Shown: positions 41,014-52,622, counted from the stretch's first letter. The stretch is DNA of 64,000 nt from Eledone cirrhosa (GCA_964016885.1 OZ024748.1:34906001-34970000); one strand, 5' to 3'. Made by a program: numbers and translations. The notes: generated by a model from the sequence alone, not told the origin.

Positions 41014-41433
41014 AATGAAAAGTATAGAAATCGTTGTAGCGAGAAGCTAACAGTATTCCATAACATATATATATATATATATAGTAATAATTCCATAACA
41101 TATATATATATATATAGTAATAATAATAAATCTGAAGACTAAAATCCAAAGAGGGCTCGATCAAATATATAAGAACCGTAGAGCAAATATTTATTAAAAT
41201 AACAGATTAAAGTTTAAGCAAAGAATCGCTGCTTTCACCCTTAACGGGATCTTCTATATATACATAACCAAAGTTTAATATGGTTCATTGATTACTCAAT
41301 GAATATAGTTTTACAATAGATTAAAAGCACTCTACAATGAAGTTTTCTGGAGTTATTATGGAGTTATTATTCAGAATAAAGATAAATGAAGACATTCATA
41401 TAATCAAAATATATGTTTTATTATATATATTTC

Positions 41434-42721
41434 TTAGCCTTTGTTGACCTAGAGAAGGCCTTTGATAGGGTACCCCGATCTGTCATCTGGTGGTCCCTAA
41501 GGAAACTAGGTGTTGAGAAATGGCTTGTGAGGACAGTGCAAACTTTGTACAGAGGTACTCTCAGTAAAGTCAGGGTATGAATGAAGTTTATAGTGAGGAA
41601 TTCCAGATACAAGTAGGAGTACATCAAGGTTCGGTCCTCAGCCCGCTCTTGTTCATTATAGTCCTCCAAGCCATAACAGAGGAGTTTAAGACTGGCTGTC
41701 CATGGGAACTTCTTTATGCTGACGATCTGGTTCTTATAGCAGAATCAGTAGAGGAGCTAGAGAATAAATTCTGGCTATGGAAACAGCAGTTGGAAGCAAG
41801 AGGACTGAGAGTGAACCGAGCTAAGACAAAAGTGTTGATGAGTAGAAAAGAGGACGAAACTCTGATTCCGTCAGGGAAATGGACATGTTCGATATGCAGA
41901 AAAGGAACTGGCATAAATTCTATAAAATGCACACAATGCAGATCCTGGGTACACAAGAGATGTAGCGGGATAGCAGGCAAACTAACAGGCAGGGAGAAAT
42001 ATGTATACAGTAGATGTACAGGGAAATTAGACAGTAGAAGTCGCATTGATAGACATATTTCTCAAATGCAGGCGGGTGCTATAGAAGTGGTGGATAGCTT
42101 CCGGTACCTAGGAGATCAGATTAGTATGGGGGGGGGGGGTGTTCCGAGGCCATAGTATCTAGAATAAGCACGAGTTGGAAGAAGTTTAGGCAGCTGCTTC
42201 CTCTGCTGACGAAGAAGGGTTTCTCCCTGCGTACGAAAGGCCGGTTATATGATGCCTGTGTGAGGAGCGCGATGCTGCATGGTAGTGAGACATGGGCAGC
42301 AACTGCTGAGGATATGCGACGGCTGGAGAGAAATGAGGCAAGCATGCTCCGTTGGATGTGCAGTGCCAATGTGCGTGAACGACCCAGCATGAATGTGTTG
42401 AGAGAGAAACTGTGTCTGAGAGGGATAGGCTGTAGTGTACGGGAGAGGAGACTGAGGTGGTATGGACATGTGATGCGCATGGAGGATGACCGATGGGTGA
42501 AGAAGTGCCAGGAAATGCCAGTTGAAGGAAGACGTGGTAGAGGTAGACCACGAAAAACATGGGCGGAGGTGGTGAGATCAGACCTCAGATCGCTGAAGCT
42601 CACGGTGGAGATGACGAAGGACCGTGACGCGTGGAGAGATGCTCTGCTGAATAAGACCCCTCCCACCCTCGCAAGCAGGGAAGAGCGGACGTAAAATGAT
42701 GATGATGATGATGATGATGAT
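41434..42721 (+). mobile_element. 5'-truncated RTE LINE (second subfamily), frameshifted, with (GAT)n tail
   Basis: LAFVDLEKAFDRVP, GVHQGSVLSP, LLYADD, Cys-rich finger, RRLRWYGHV, GRPRKTW, stop then (GAT)n. Confidence 0.95.
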
Positions 42722-42884
42722 TTTGAAGGTACTGTGCTGTTTTTTCTTAGTACGTCCTCATCAGATAAAGTACATGAATTGATGTATGACATACCTCAAC
42801 GGTCTTGAAAGTTCAATTCCAATATTGACTGCCAATACTGGAATTGAACTTTCAAGACCGTTGAGGTATGTCATACATCAATTC

Positions 42885-42954
42885 ATGTATTTTATCTGAC
42901 GAGGACGTACTGAAAAAACAGCACAGTACCTTCGAAATATATATAATAAAACAT
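42885..42954 (+). ncRNA. Type I minimal hammerhead ribozyme (family C)
   Basis: Stem I TTTTAT/ATAAAA, CTGACGA at 42896, stem II GGA-GTACTG/CAGTAC-TTC, GAAA at 42934, TATATA-TA. Confidence 0.82.
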
Positions 42955-43002
42955 ATTTTGATTATATGAATGTCTTCATTTATTATTATTCTGAATATAT
43001 AT

Positions 43003-43197
43003 GGGCGATGGATTGACAGCATCGGTAGAGTCGGGCGCCATGCTTTCCAGCATAGTTACGTCCCTTTGCGGTCTGAGTTCTAATCCCTCCGAGGTTCACT
43101 TTGCCTGTCATCCTTACGGGGTCGATAAAATAAAGAACCAGTAATGTACTGGAGATTTGCTGGCCTTGTGCCAAAAGTAGAAACAATTATTATTATG
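43003..43197 (+). mobile_element. SINE (probably tRNA-derived)
   Basis: B-box-like GAGTTCTAATCC, core TCATCCTTACGGGGTCGATAAA, tail CTTGTGCCAAAAGTAGAAAC plus (ATT)n. Confidence 0.8.
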
Positions 43198-43398
43198 AAT
43201 ATATATATGTGTGTGTGTATGTATATTGTGGGGCTATTACTCAACAGAGTACTCAATACTTGGGGTATTAGTATGGTTATATTATAAAGAGTCAGGTCCT
43301 GACTCTTTATAATATATATATATATATATTAATGTCTTGTCCTGTTTGTTATTCTTTAGGTTTCTATAAAATAAATACTATGTTAAACTAGAGCCGTT

Positions 43399-43595
43399 CA
43401 TAATTGTTTCTACTTTTGGCACAAGGCCAGCAAAAAACCAGTACATTACTGGTACTTTATTTTATCGACCCCGTAAGGATGAAAGGCAAAGTTAACCTCG
43501 GCATGATTTTAACTCAGACCATAAAGGGCTGCAACTCTTTGCTGCAAAGCATGGCGTCCGACCCTCTACCGATACTGCCAATCCACCGTTCATAA
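43399..43595 (-). mobile_element. SINE, same family, inverted
   Basis: Reverse-complement similarity to 43003-43197. Confidence 0.8.
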
Positions 43596-43639
43596 TGGCA
43601 GTAGAGTATTTAGTAATATTTTAATATATTAAAATATCT

Positions 43640-43820
43640 TAAAGTGGTTTGCGGCATAGTTACAGCTCTTTACCTTCTGAGTTGAAAGCCTGCCGAAATT
43701 AACTTTGCCTTTCATCCATATGGGGTCGATAGAGTAACGTACCAGTAATACACTGGTTCAATTTAATCGACATTTCCCCTTCCTTCAACATTGCTGGTCT
43801 TGTGCCAAAACTAGAAACTA
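43640..43820 (+). mobile_element. SINE, same family, more diverged
   Basis: tttgcctttcatccatatggggtcgata ... cttgtgccaaaactagaaac. Confidence 0.7.
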
Positions 43821-44124
43821 TATCAACGAGAGTACAAATATGGACAGGTGGTTGGAAAATTTGCTTCACAATCACATGGTTCTGGAATCGGTCTTACTGC
43901 GTAGCATCTGTGCCTCAACCAATCTACCAGTATAAAAACAATCAGAATATTAACAAAAGGAGAAAAAAATGTTTAATATAAGCAAGAGAAATAAGGTAGA
44001 AAGTACCCCAGCATGGCCGCAGTCTAATGGCTTGAAACGTATAAAAGCTTGAATATATGTCAGCATATCACGAGGGACAGAAGAAACCACGGAAGTAAAA
44101 TAAGTTTAAAATGACATGCAGCAA

Positions 44125-44490
44125 GTGTGAGGAAGAGGAATACTGATGGAGGAGAGGGAGTGATGTATAAACAGAGGGAAAGAGTGTAAGTCAGAAAGAG
44201 AAAGGGAGGTGGAAATTATAGTAGCAGGGATAGAGGAAGATATAGTGAGTGAAAGGGGGAAAAGCAAGAGTAGTAAAAACTGTGTAGGAAGAGCTATAGA
44301 GAGAAAGAGTTTGAGCGAGAGAACTAGTTGTAATAGAAAGAGAGAGGGAAGGAATAGAGAGTGAGAAGGGAGAAAGTGTTTGAGCGAGAGAAAGGGAGTG
44401 AGGGGGAATAGAGAGAAAGGGAGTGAGGGAGAACTGCGATAGTGAGAGGGGGAAGAGAGAGAAAGTGTTTGAGCGAGAGAAAGCGAGAAC
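44125..44490 (+). promoter_or_regulatory. GA-rich tract immediately 5' of the tetraspanin start (candidate promoter or 5' UTR)
   Basis: Purine-rich tract with three copies of GAAAG(T/A)GTTTGAGCGAGAGAA, ending about 45 bp before the ATG. Confidence 0.4.
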
Positions 44491-44531
44491 GTGTAACTGC
44501 GTCGCACAAGACACAGCTTTGGCTTTTGGCG

Positions 44532-44594
44532 ATGGTTTGCGGAGGATTTGCCTGTTCTAAAAATGCATTGGCAGCGCTTAATATACTTTATATT
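44532..44594 (+). CDS. TSPAN13: Tetraspanin-13/31 family, coding exon 1 (MVCGGFACSKNALAALNILYI)
   Basis: Near-identical to the TSPAN13/TSPAN31 N-terminus MVCGGFACSKN(A/C)LCALN. Start context GCGATGG; 63 bp followed by a GTAAGT donor. Confidence 0.93.
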
Positions 44595-44689
44595 GTAAGT
44601 AAATTAATAATTATACCATCTTGAAATAACCGTTAAAGACAACAAACAGGAAACCAAATATAAAAGGAAATCACACACACTACACCGAC

Positions 44690-44741
<52 letters not shown>

Positions 44742-44868
44742 TTATTACTTCTATATGTATATACATGTTTGTGTTTATTACTTCTATATGTATATACATG
44801 TATGTGTTTATTACAATATACACATTTTTAGACACACACACATATATATATATAAGGTGTGTTTGTGG

Positions 44869-44917
<49 letters not shown>

Positions 44918-45078
44918 CCTCTTTACACGAATCAATCGTCTGCCACACAAGCAGTCGCCGCCACATCTAAGAAATGGTTAAAGTAATTTATATATTTATA
45001 TTTTGGGTACACCCTGTATATATATTATCACACACACGTTATATATATATATAAAACGTGTGTAAATATATATATATA

Positions 45079-45175
45079 CAGGGTGTACCCAAAAATGAAT
45101 ACACACTTCAACAGCTTCTAATAAATATTGCCTGTATAGGTAATCAGTGTGTATACATTTTTGCGGGATACCCTG
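45079..45175. mobile_element. Tiny Tc1/mariner-type MITE
   Basis: TA|CAGGGTGTACCCAAAAATGAATACACACT ... AGTGTGTATACATTTTTGCGGGATACCCTG|TA. A further matching end lies at 45001-45015. Confidence 0.65.
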
Positions 45176-45278
45176 TATATATATAATGTGTATGTGAGTT
45201 ATATATATGTATATATATATATATATGTATGTATATATATAACGTGTGTGTCCGTGATATGTACATAATGTCTGTGTG

Positions 45279-45316
<38 letters not shown>

Positions 45317-45486
45317 GTCTATGTGAAATGTTTTGTTTAATTCAGGAAATCTTGTAAACAGGATTTAGTAATCAAGATCGAATCTAATTTACAGTTCAAT
45401 TCGCCGCCCAAAAAACAAAATTAATAAATGACTAAGCTACTCGATACGACACGAATACTTATCAACTATCAATCTCTCACACCCCG

Positions 45487-45529
<43 letters not shown>

Positions 45530-45895
45530 GCGATTGATTTTGGACTAATCCATGTGGTTAGAATTCAGATGTCTCTACTCATATACATAATACATATACA
45601 CGTGTATGTATTATTTGTATGTGTGTGTATATACAGGCTTTCGTGAGGATTTCACCTCCAAATGAAACTGTACAAATCCTGTAGAAGTCACTCTTGTTTG
45701 AAATGATATTTTACATACACACACACACAGATAGATAGATATTTATATATAAACAATCGATAGCTTTAAGCAGAGAATACAACAATTTGCTGGGCATGTT
45801 CGGGACTTAGTAGTTCCGATAACAATAACCGTTTGATAACATTATACGCGGATTATGAGCAGCAGTCACTGTGCGCATATATATATGTATATATA

Positions 45896-45986
45896 TCATC
45901 GTCATCATCATCATCATCATTTTACGTCCGCTTTTCCCTGTTTGCAAGGGTTGGACGGGTCCTATTCAGCACAGCATCTCTCCAAT
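45896..45986 (-). mobile_element. RTE 3' terminal fragment
   Basis: Encodes WRDAVLNRTRPTLANREKRT* plus (GAT)n, like the end of the 41434 element. Confidence 0.8.
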
Positions 45987-46027
45987 CAAACAGGAGAAAG
46001 TGGTGATAAGTAAATTTTATATATACT

Positions 46028-46065
<38 letters not shown>

Positions 46066-46267
46066 ATTGGATATATGAGAGGGATGAACACAGATATAAG
46101 AAGACATGTGTTCCAATTGCAATTGACCAAGTTAGCTAGGTTGAAAAAATACTAATTTAAAACAATATGGTTTGCCTCATATATCCTCATATCCAATTAT
46201 ATCACACGGCTCGGAAAGATTCCCTTCTTTTAGGTATTTAATTGTAAAAGACTATTTTGAGTTTCTA

Positions 46268-46272
46268 CATAT

Positions 46273-46304
<32 letters not shown>

Positions 46305-46319
46305 GTGTATATATATATG

Positions 46320-46391
<72 letters not shown>

Positions 46392-46557
46392 GATATGTGT
46401 ATATATATATAGATATGTGTATATATATATAGATATGTGTATATATATGTAGATATGTGTATATATATATGTAGATATGTGTATATATATATGTATATAT
46501 ATATATATATATATGTATATATGTGTATATATATGTAGATATGTGTATATATATATG

Positions 46558-46611
<54 letters not shown>

Positions 46612-46730
46612 GATATGTGTATATATATATAGATATGTGTATATATATATAGATATGTGTATATATATGTATATATGTGTATATATATGTAGATATGTGT
46701 ATATATATATATGTATATATATGTATATGT
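46268..46730. repeat. (TA)n compound microsatellite
   Basis: TA repeats with GATATGTG interruptions. Confidence 0.97.
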
Positions 46731-47060
46731 ATCATCATCATCATCACCGTTTTACGTCCGTTCTTCCACGCTAGCATGGGTTAGACGGGTTGTCCTGTTG
46801 TGGGCAGTGTCTGGTCGGCTGACCATACCTTGCTCATACAGGAACTGATTTGGCTTGATTTCTACAGCAGGATGCCCTTCCTAACACCAACCTCATTTAC
46901 AGTGAGTGCTGGGTGCTTTTTCGAGGCTCCTACACGTCCACTTTACAGTGTGGGCTGGGTGCTTTTTTGGGTGGCACCTCCACGACCACCTTGGGGTGTG
47001 GGGGCATATTGTCTATATCCTTCAGCTTGTACTCGTGGGAGGTCGGGTAGTCTGTATTAC

Positions 47061-47062
<2 letters not shown>
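46731..47062 (-). mobile_element. RTE-related 3' UTR or SINE-like fragment
   Basis: (GAT)n tail and GGTTGGTGTTAGGAAGGGCATCC motif shared with the RTE 3' UTR at about 52425. Confidence 0.75.
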
Positions 47063-47063
<1 letters not shown>

Positions 47064-47148
<85 letters not shown>

Positions 47149-47253
47149 GTATATAAATATATATATATATGTATATAAATATATATATGTATGTATATAA
47201 ATATATGTATGTATGTATATATATATATATATATGTATATAAATATATATATG

Positions 47254-47303
<50 letters not shown>

Positions 47304-47319
47304 AATATATATATGTATG

Positions 47320-47373
<54 letters not shown>

Positions 47374-47421
47374 TGTATATACATATATATATATGTATAT
47401 ATATATATATATGTATATATG

Positions 47422-47476
<55 letters not shown>

Positions 47477-47487
47477 GTGTATATATA

Positions 47488-47560
<73 letters not shown>

Positions 47561-48090
47561 ATGTATATATATATATATATGTATATATATGTATATATAT
47601 GTATATATATGTATATGTATATATATGTATATATATATGTATATATATGTATATATATGTATATATATGTATATATATGTATATATATGTATATATATAT
47701 GTATATATATGTATATATATATATATGTATATATATGTATATATATATATATATATGTATATATATGTATATATGTATATGTATATATATATATGTATAT
47801 ATATATGTATATATATATATATGTGTATATATATATGTATATATATATATATGTGTATATATATATGTATATATATATATATGTATATATGTATATATGT
47901 ATATATATATATGTATATATATATGTATATATGTATATATATATATGTATATATATATGTATATATATATATATGTGTATATATATATATATGTATATAT
48001 ATTTATATATATATATTTATGTATATATATATATGTATATATATATGTATATAGATATATATATGTATATAGATATATATATGTATATAT

Positions 48091-48123
<33 letters not shown>

Positions 48124-48321
48124 TATATATATGTATATATGTATATGTATATGTATATATATATGTATATATATATGTATGTATATATATATATGTATAT
48201 GTATGTATATATATATATGTATATGTATGTATATATATATATGTATGTATATATATATATGTATGTATATATATATATGTATGTATATATATATATGTAT
48301 ATGTATGCATATATATGTATG

Positions 48322-48384
<63 letters not shown>

Positions 48385-48459
48385 GTGTATATATATATGT
48401 ATATATATATGTATATATATATGTATATATATATGTATATATATATGTATATATATATG

Positions 48460-48546
<87 letters not shown>

Positions 48547-48547
48547 G

Positions 48548-48596
<49 letters not shown>

Positions 48597-48657
48597 GTAT
48601 ATATATATGTATATATATATATGTATATATATATGTATATATATATGTATATATATA
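47064..48657. repeat. 1.6-kb (TA)n/(TATG) microsatellite
   Basis: Direct inspection. Confidence 0.99.
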
Positions 48658-48799
48658 CAAACTACATTTTCTGTTTCTATTAATTGCTAAATACGTAAGT
48701 TTTTGGACGTGTTTAACAGAACAAATTTTGTATTTTTGTTAATCGCTTGTTAAATGCAATCATTACCTTCTTGCTAGCTACCCAACACCCCTCCCTCCC

Positions 48800-51700
48800 A
48801 CCCCCACGCACCACCATTGCTATTACGTGGACCAATCATAAAACAGAGCCCCCACGCATCATCAGTATTATTACGCGGACCAATCAGAAACCAGAGGCCT
48901 ATACTATCGCTTGCCTGGTTGCCTTTCGATATACGATATATGATGGATGGATGGACTGCGGAATCCTGGAGAGTGGAGGTGAGAGAGAAAAATCTGGACG
49001 CTCAGCGACAATGCCAAAGATAAAGACAAATTCACCTCTTGGACGAGAATGCGAGCACTCCTCATTGTTTCGACCGCGGACGGCTAACATAACCCCATCG
49101 CCCCCCGCCCCTCACCGCCCCCAACCCCCAAACGCAATCCAAAACTTCAGAGTTGGTACCATAAATGTAGGCACCCTAAAGGGTCGCGCTAACGAGGTTG
49201 TAGAAATGCTTGAACGTAAGGAGGTCGATGTTTGTTGTATTCAAGAGACTAGGTGGAGGGGTGGGTCTGCTAGGTTCATTGAGGGTAAAAAACGATGTTA
49301 TAAGCTTTTCTGGGTGGGAAACGACGATGGGCTGGGTGGAGTAGGAATCATGGTAGCAGAAAAGTGGGCAGATAAGATAATAGACGTAAATAGAGTGAAC
49401 GACAGAATAATTAAAATACGACTTGTCCTCAATAGAACTACGGTGACAGTAATATCTGCGTACGCACCCCAATCCGGACTGCCCGGCACTATAAAAGACA
49501 GATTCTATGAGACACTGATGCTAACTACCTCCCAAATATCCGACAGTGACTATATAATTATCGCAGGCGACCTAAATGGTCACGTTGGACAACATTGTGA
49601 CGGCTACGACGAAATCCATGGAGGCTATGGGTTTGGTACTAGAAATGAGGAAGGCTCCAGAATCCTGGAATTCTGTGATGCAAATAACCTAACTATCTGT
49701 AACACTAACTTCAAAAAACGTGACAATCACCTGATCACCTATAGATCCGGGGAACACACAAGCCAGGTAGATTATATCCTTACCAGAAGACGTGACAGAG
49801 TGTCTGTTGTTAACACTAAATCCCTCCCCCATGAAGAATGCACCTCCCAACATAGCCTGATAATTAGCGACCTCATAGTCAGGACGAGACGTACTCGACA
49901 ACAGAAGAGGACTATCCTCAGGAGGAAAATATGGAAGCTAAAGGACCCCACAGCCAGGAATAAATTTCAAAGCATATTACTTGATGCTTTCGACAGTAAG
50001 GAAGAACATTTAGAGTCGGACAATATAGAGGGAGAGTGGGAATTTCTGAAAGCAAACCTGCTGTTGGCGACAGACGAGGTCTGTGGCTGGAGCAGGCCTG
50101 TAGGCAGGAGGAGAGTAACATGGTGGTGGAACAGTAAGGTGGAGGGGTCAATTAAGGCCAAAAAGCAGGCTTGGAAAGTATGGCGGGATGGGGGAAGTAG
50201 AGAGGACTATCAAGTGGCCAGGAGGGAAGCTAGGAGACAAGTGTACTTAGCAAGAAGGGAAGCTGAGGAAAGAAAGTTCAAGCATGTTCTACAACGCGAT
50301 GACCAAAAACGTGAGGTGTTCAGGATTGCTAGGCAATGCGTCAAGGAAAACCGTGATATTGTCGGGGAGAAGTGTGTACTAAACGACGATGGCACATTTG
50401 CCATCACCGACGCTGATAAGAAGGTAGCTTGGAAGTGTCACTATGAAAGGCTACTAAATGAGGAGAATAATTGGGAGAAAGGCAGTCTCCCCCATATCGA
50501 CCCAATAGAGGGACCAGCAGTGTTAGTCGAGGGGAGTATAATAAGTAAGGCAATCAAGGATATGAAGACTGGTAAGGCGGCTGGGCCTTCGGAAATAGTT
50601 GCTGAGATGCTGAAGGCATCTGGCACGGTGGGACACACCATGGTCACCCGCATAGTTAACCAAGTCGTACAGAATGGGGTTGTTCCGAAGGACTGGCATA
50701 GCAGCATCATCGTTAACTGTTATAAGGGTAAAGGAGACGCCCTAGATAGGAGTAACTATAGAGGCATTAAATTAATCGACCAGGTCATGAAGGTCACGGA
50801 AAAAGTAATAGCGCAACTAATCAGAGAGAGAATTGACCTAGATGAAATGCAGTTCGGGTTTGTGTCAGGCAAAAGTACCACAGACGCTCTTTTCATAGTA
50901 CGACAACTACAGGAGAAGTACCTAGCTAAAGGTAAACCCCTCTACTTAGCTTTTGTCGACTTGGAGAAAGCCTTCGACAGAGTCCCCCGCTCCATTATCT
51001 GGTGGGCTCTTAGAAAACTAGGCGTTGACGAATGGCTTGTGAGGGCTATACAAGCCATGTATAAAGAAACAGTCAGCAAGGTTAGAATTAACAACGAATA
51101 TAGTGAAGAGTTTAGCGTAAAAGTTGGCGTCCATCAGGGCTCTGTTCTCAGTCCACTACTATTTATTATTGCCCTTCAGGCTATAACAGAGGAGTTCAAG
51201 ACAGGCTGCCCATGGGAACTCCTATACGCAGACGACCTGACACTCATAGCGGAATCAATGGCCGAGCTAGAGAAGAAATTCCAAACATGGAAGCACGGCC
51301 TAGAGTCAAAAGGACTTAAAATTAACCTGGCTAAGACCAAAGTACTAGTTTGTAGGAAAGAAAACAAGGCGGCGGTCCCTTCTGGGAAATGGTCGTGCTC
51401 GGTGTGTAGGAAAGGCGTAGGTAGAAACTCCATTTTATGTCCTAAATGCAAAGTATGGGTGCATAAAAGATGTAGTGGGATCACAGGTAAGCTAACTAAG
51501 AACATAGATTTTACATGTGGCCGGTGCTCTGGTGCAATAAGTAGCAGCAAGTGCCCACAAACTACTAGCTCTTTCAATTGCGCAGAGGGTTCTATAGAAA
51601 TAGTGGACAGCTTCCGTTACCTGGGCGATAAAATCAGCAGTGGGGGAGGGTGCTCTGAAAGTACTGTAGCTAGAGTCAGAACTGGTTGGAAAAAGTTCAG

Positions 51701-52578
51701 AGAGCTTATACCACTATTAGCTGCTAAAGGGTTCTCACTAAAAATGAAAGGCAGGTTGTACGATGCCTGCATACGAACAGCAATGCTGCATGGCAGTGAG
51801 ACCTGGGCATTGTGTGCAGAGGATATACGCAGACTAGAGAGGAACGAAGCTTGCATGCTCCGCTGGATGTGTAACAGTAATATACGTGAACGGCAAAGCA
51901 TAAACGAACTAAGGAAAAAATTAGAGATAAGAGGGATCAGATGTTGTTTACTCGAGAGAAGGCTACGTTGGTATGGACACGTGATGCGCATGAAAGTCGA
52001 TAGCTGTATAACAAAGTGCAGGGCAATAAAGATAGACGGTAGTCACGGAATAGGCAGACCTAGAAAAACCTGGGACGAGCTGATAAACTCCGACATCACA
52101 CACTTACACCTCTCCAAGACAATGTCACTGGACCGAGACCTTTGGCGGTACTCAGTAACAGAGAAGACCCGCCTTACCTAAATATATAGTAAAACCTACT
52201 CCAGCCAGTAGGCATCTCTAACAAAATACACCCCGTCCCACCACCACCACCCCCACCCGATCCACACCACCCCGTTCTATGTAAAGTTATGTTGGTGCCG
52301 CGCCATCGAGGCCGAAACAAATGAGATCGTGTAGGTGTCACGACAAAAAAACACACAGTCCACGCTGTAATGTGGCCGTGTAGGCAACACGGTAAAAACC
52401 TCCCAGACCCACACTGTAAATGTGGTTGGTGTTAGGAAGGGCATCCAACTGTAGAAAACCTGCCAGACAGTCCTATGCGAGCAAGACAATCACTCTTGCC
52501 TCAAGTGGGACTACCCCCGTCCAAACCCATGCAAGCGTGGAACACGGACGTTAAACGTTGATGATGATGATGATGATG
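48800..52578 (+). mobile_element. Full-length RTE-clade LINE
   Basis: 5' UTR with repeated CCAAT units, a single APE-RT ORF, about 380-bp 3' UTR and a (GAT)n tail. Confidence 0.95.
49011..52181 (+). CDS. RTE polyprotein: AP endonuclease, reverse transcriptase and PHD-like zinc finger, uninterrupted (start could also be 48951)
   Basis: APE motifs GTINVGTL, IQETRW, YAPQ, GDLNGH, QVDYIL, TSQH. RT motifs NYRGIKL, QFGF, FVDLEKAFD, GVHQGS, YADD. No stop over more than 1000 codons. Confidence 0.93.
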   Translation: MPKIKTNSPLGRECEHSSLFRPRTANITPSPPAPHRPQPPNAIQNFRVGTINVGTLKGRANEVVEMLERKEVDVCCIQETRWRGGSARFIEGKKRCYKLFWVGNDDGLGGVGIMVAEKWADKIIDVNRVNDRIIKIRLVLNRTTVTVISAYAPQSGLPGTIKDRFYETLMLTTSQISDSDYIIIAGDLNGHVGQHCDGYDEIHGGYGFGTRNEEGSRILEFCDANNLTICNTNFKKRDNHLITYRSGEHTSQVDYILTRRRDRVSVVNTKSLPHEECTSQHSLIISDLIVRTRRTRQQKRTILRRKIWKLKDPTARNKFQSILLDAFDSKEEHLESDNIEGEWEFLKANLLLATDEVCGWSRPVGRRRVTWWWNSKVEGSIKAKKQAWKVWRDGGSREDYQVARREARRQVYLARREAEERKFKHVLQRDDQKREVFRIARQCVKENRDIVGEKCVLNDDGTFAITDADKKVAWKCHYERLLNEENNWEKGSLPHIDPIEGPAVLVEGSIISKAIKDMKTGKAAGPSEIVAEMLKASGTVGHTMVTRIVNQVVQNGVVPKDWHSSIIVNCYKGKGDALDRSNYRGIKLIDQVMKVTEKVIAQLIRERIDLDEMQFGFVSGKSTTDALFIVRQLQEKYLAKGKPLYLAFVDLEKAFDRVPRSIIWWALRKLGVDEWLVRAIQAMYKETVSKVRINNEYSEEFSVKVGVHQGSVLSPLLFIIALQAITEEFKTGCPWELLYADDLTLIAESMAELEKKFQTWKHGLESKGLKINLAKTKVLVCRKENKAAVPSGKWSCSVCRKGVGRNSILCPKCKVWVHKRCSGITGKLTKNIDFTCGRCSGAISSSKCPQTTSSFNCAEGSIEIVDSFRYLGDKISSGGGCSESTVARVRTGWKKFRELIPLLAAKGFSLKMKGRLYDACIRTAMLHGSETWALCAEDIRRLERNEACMLRWMCNSNIRERQSINELRKKLEIRGIRCCLLERRLRWYGHVMRMKVDSCITKCRAIKIDGSHGIGRPRKTWDELINSDITHLHLSKTMSLDRDLWRYSVTEKTRLT

Positions 52579-52591
52579 ATATATATATGTG

Positions 52592-52622
<31 letters not shown>

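Larger units (their letters stand above)
41368..42997. repeat. Fold-back pseudo-LTR pair (hammerhead family C) whose left arm is split by an RTE insertion
   Basis: 41368-41433 joined to 42722-42827 is the reverse complement of 42833-42997. The central loop is ACTGC. Confidence 0.88.
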
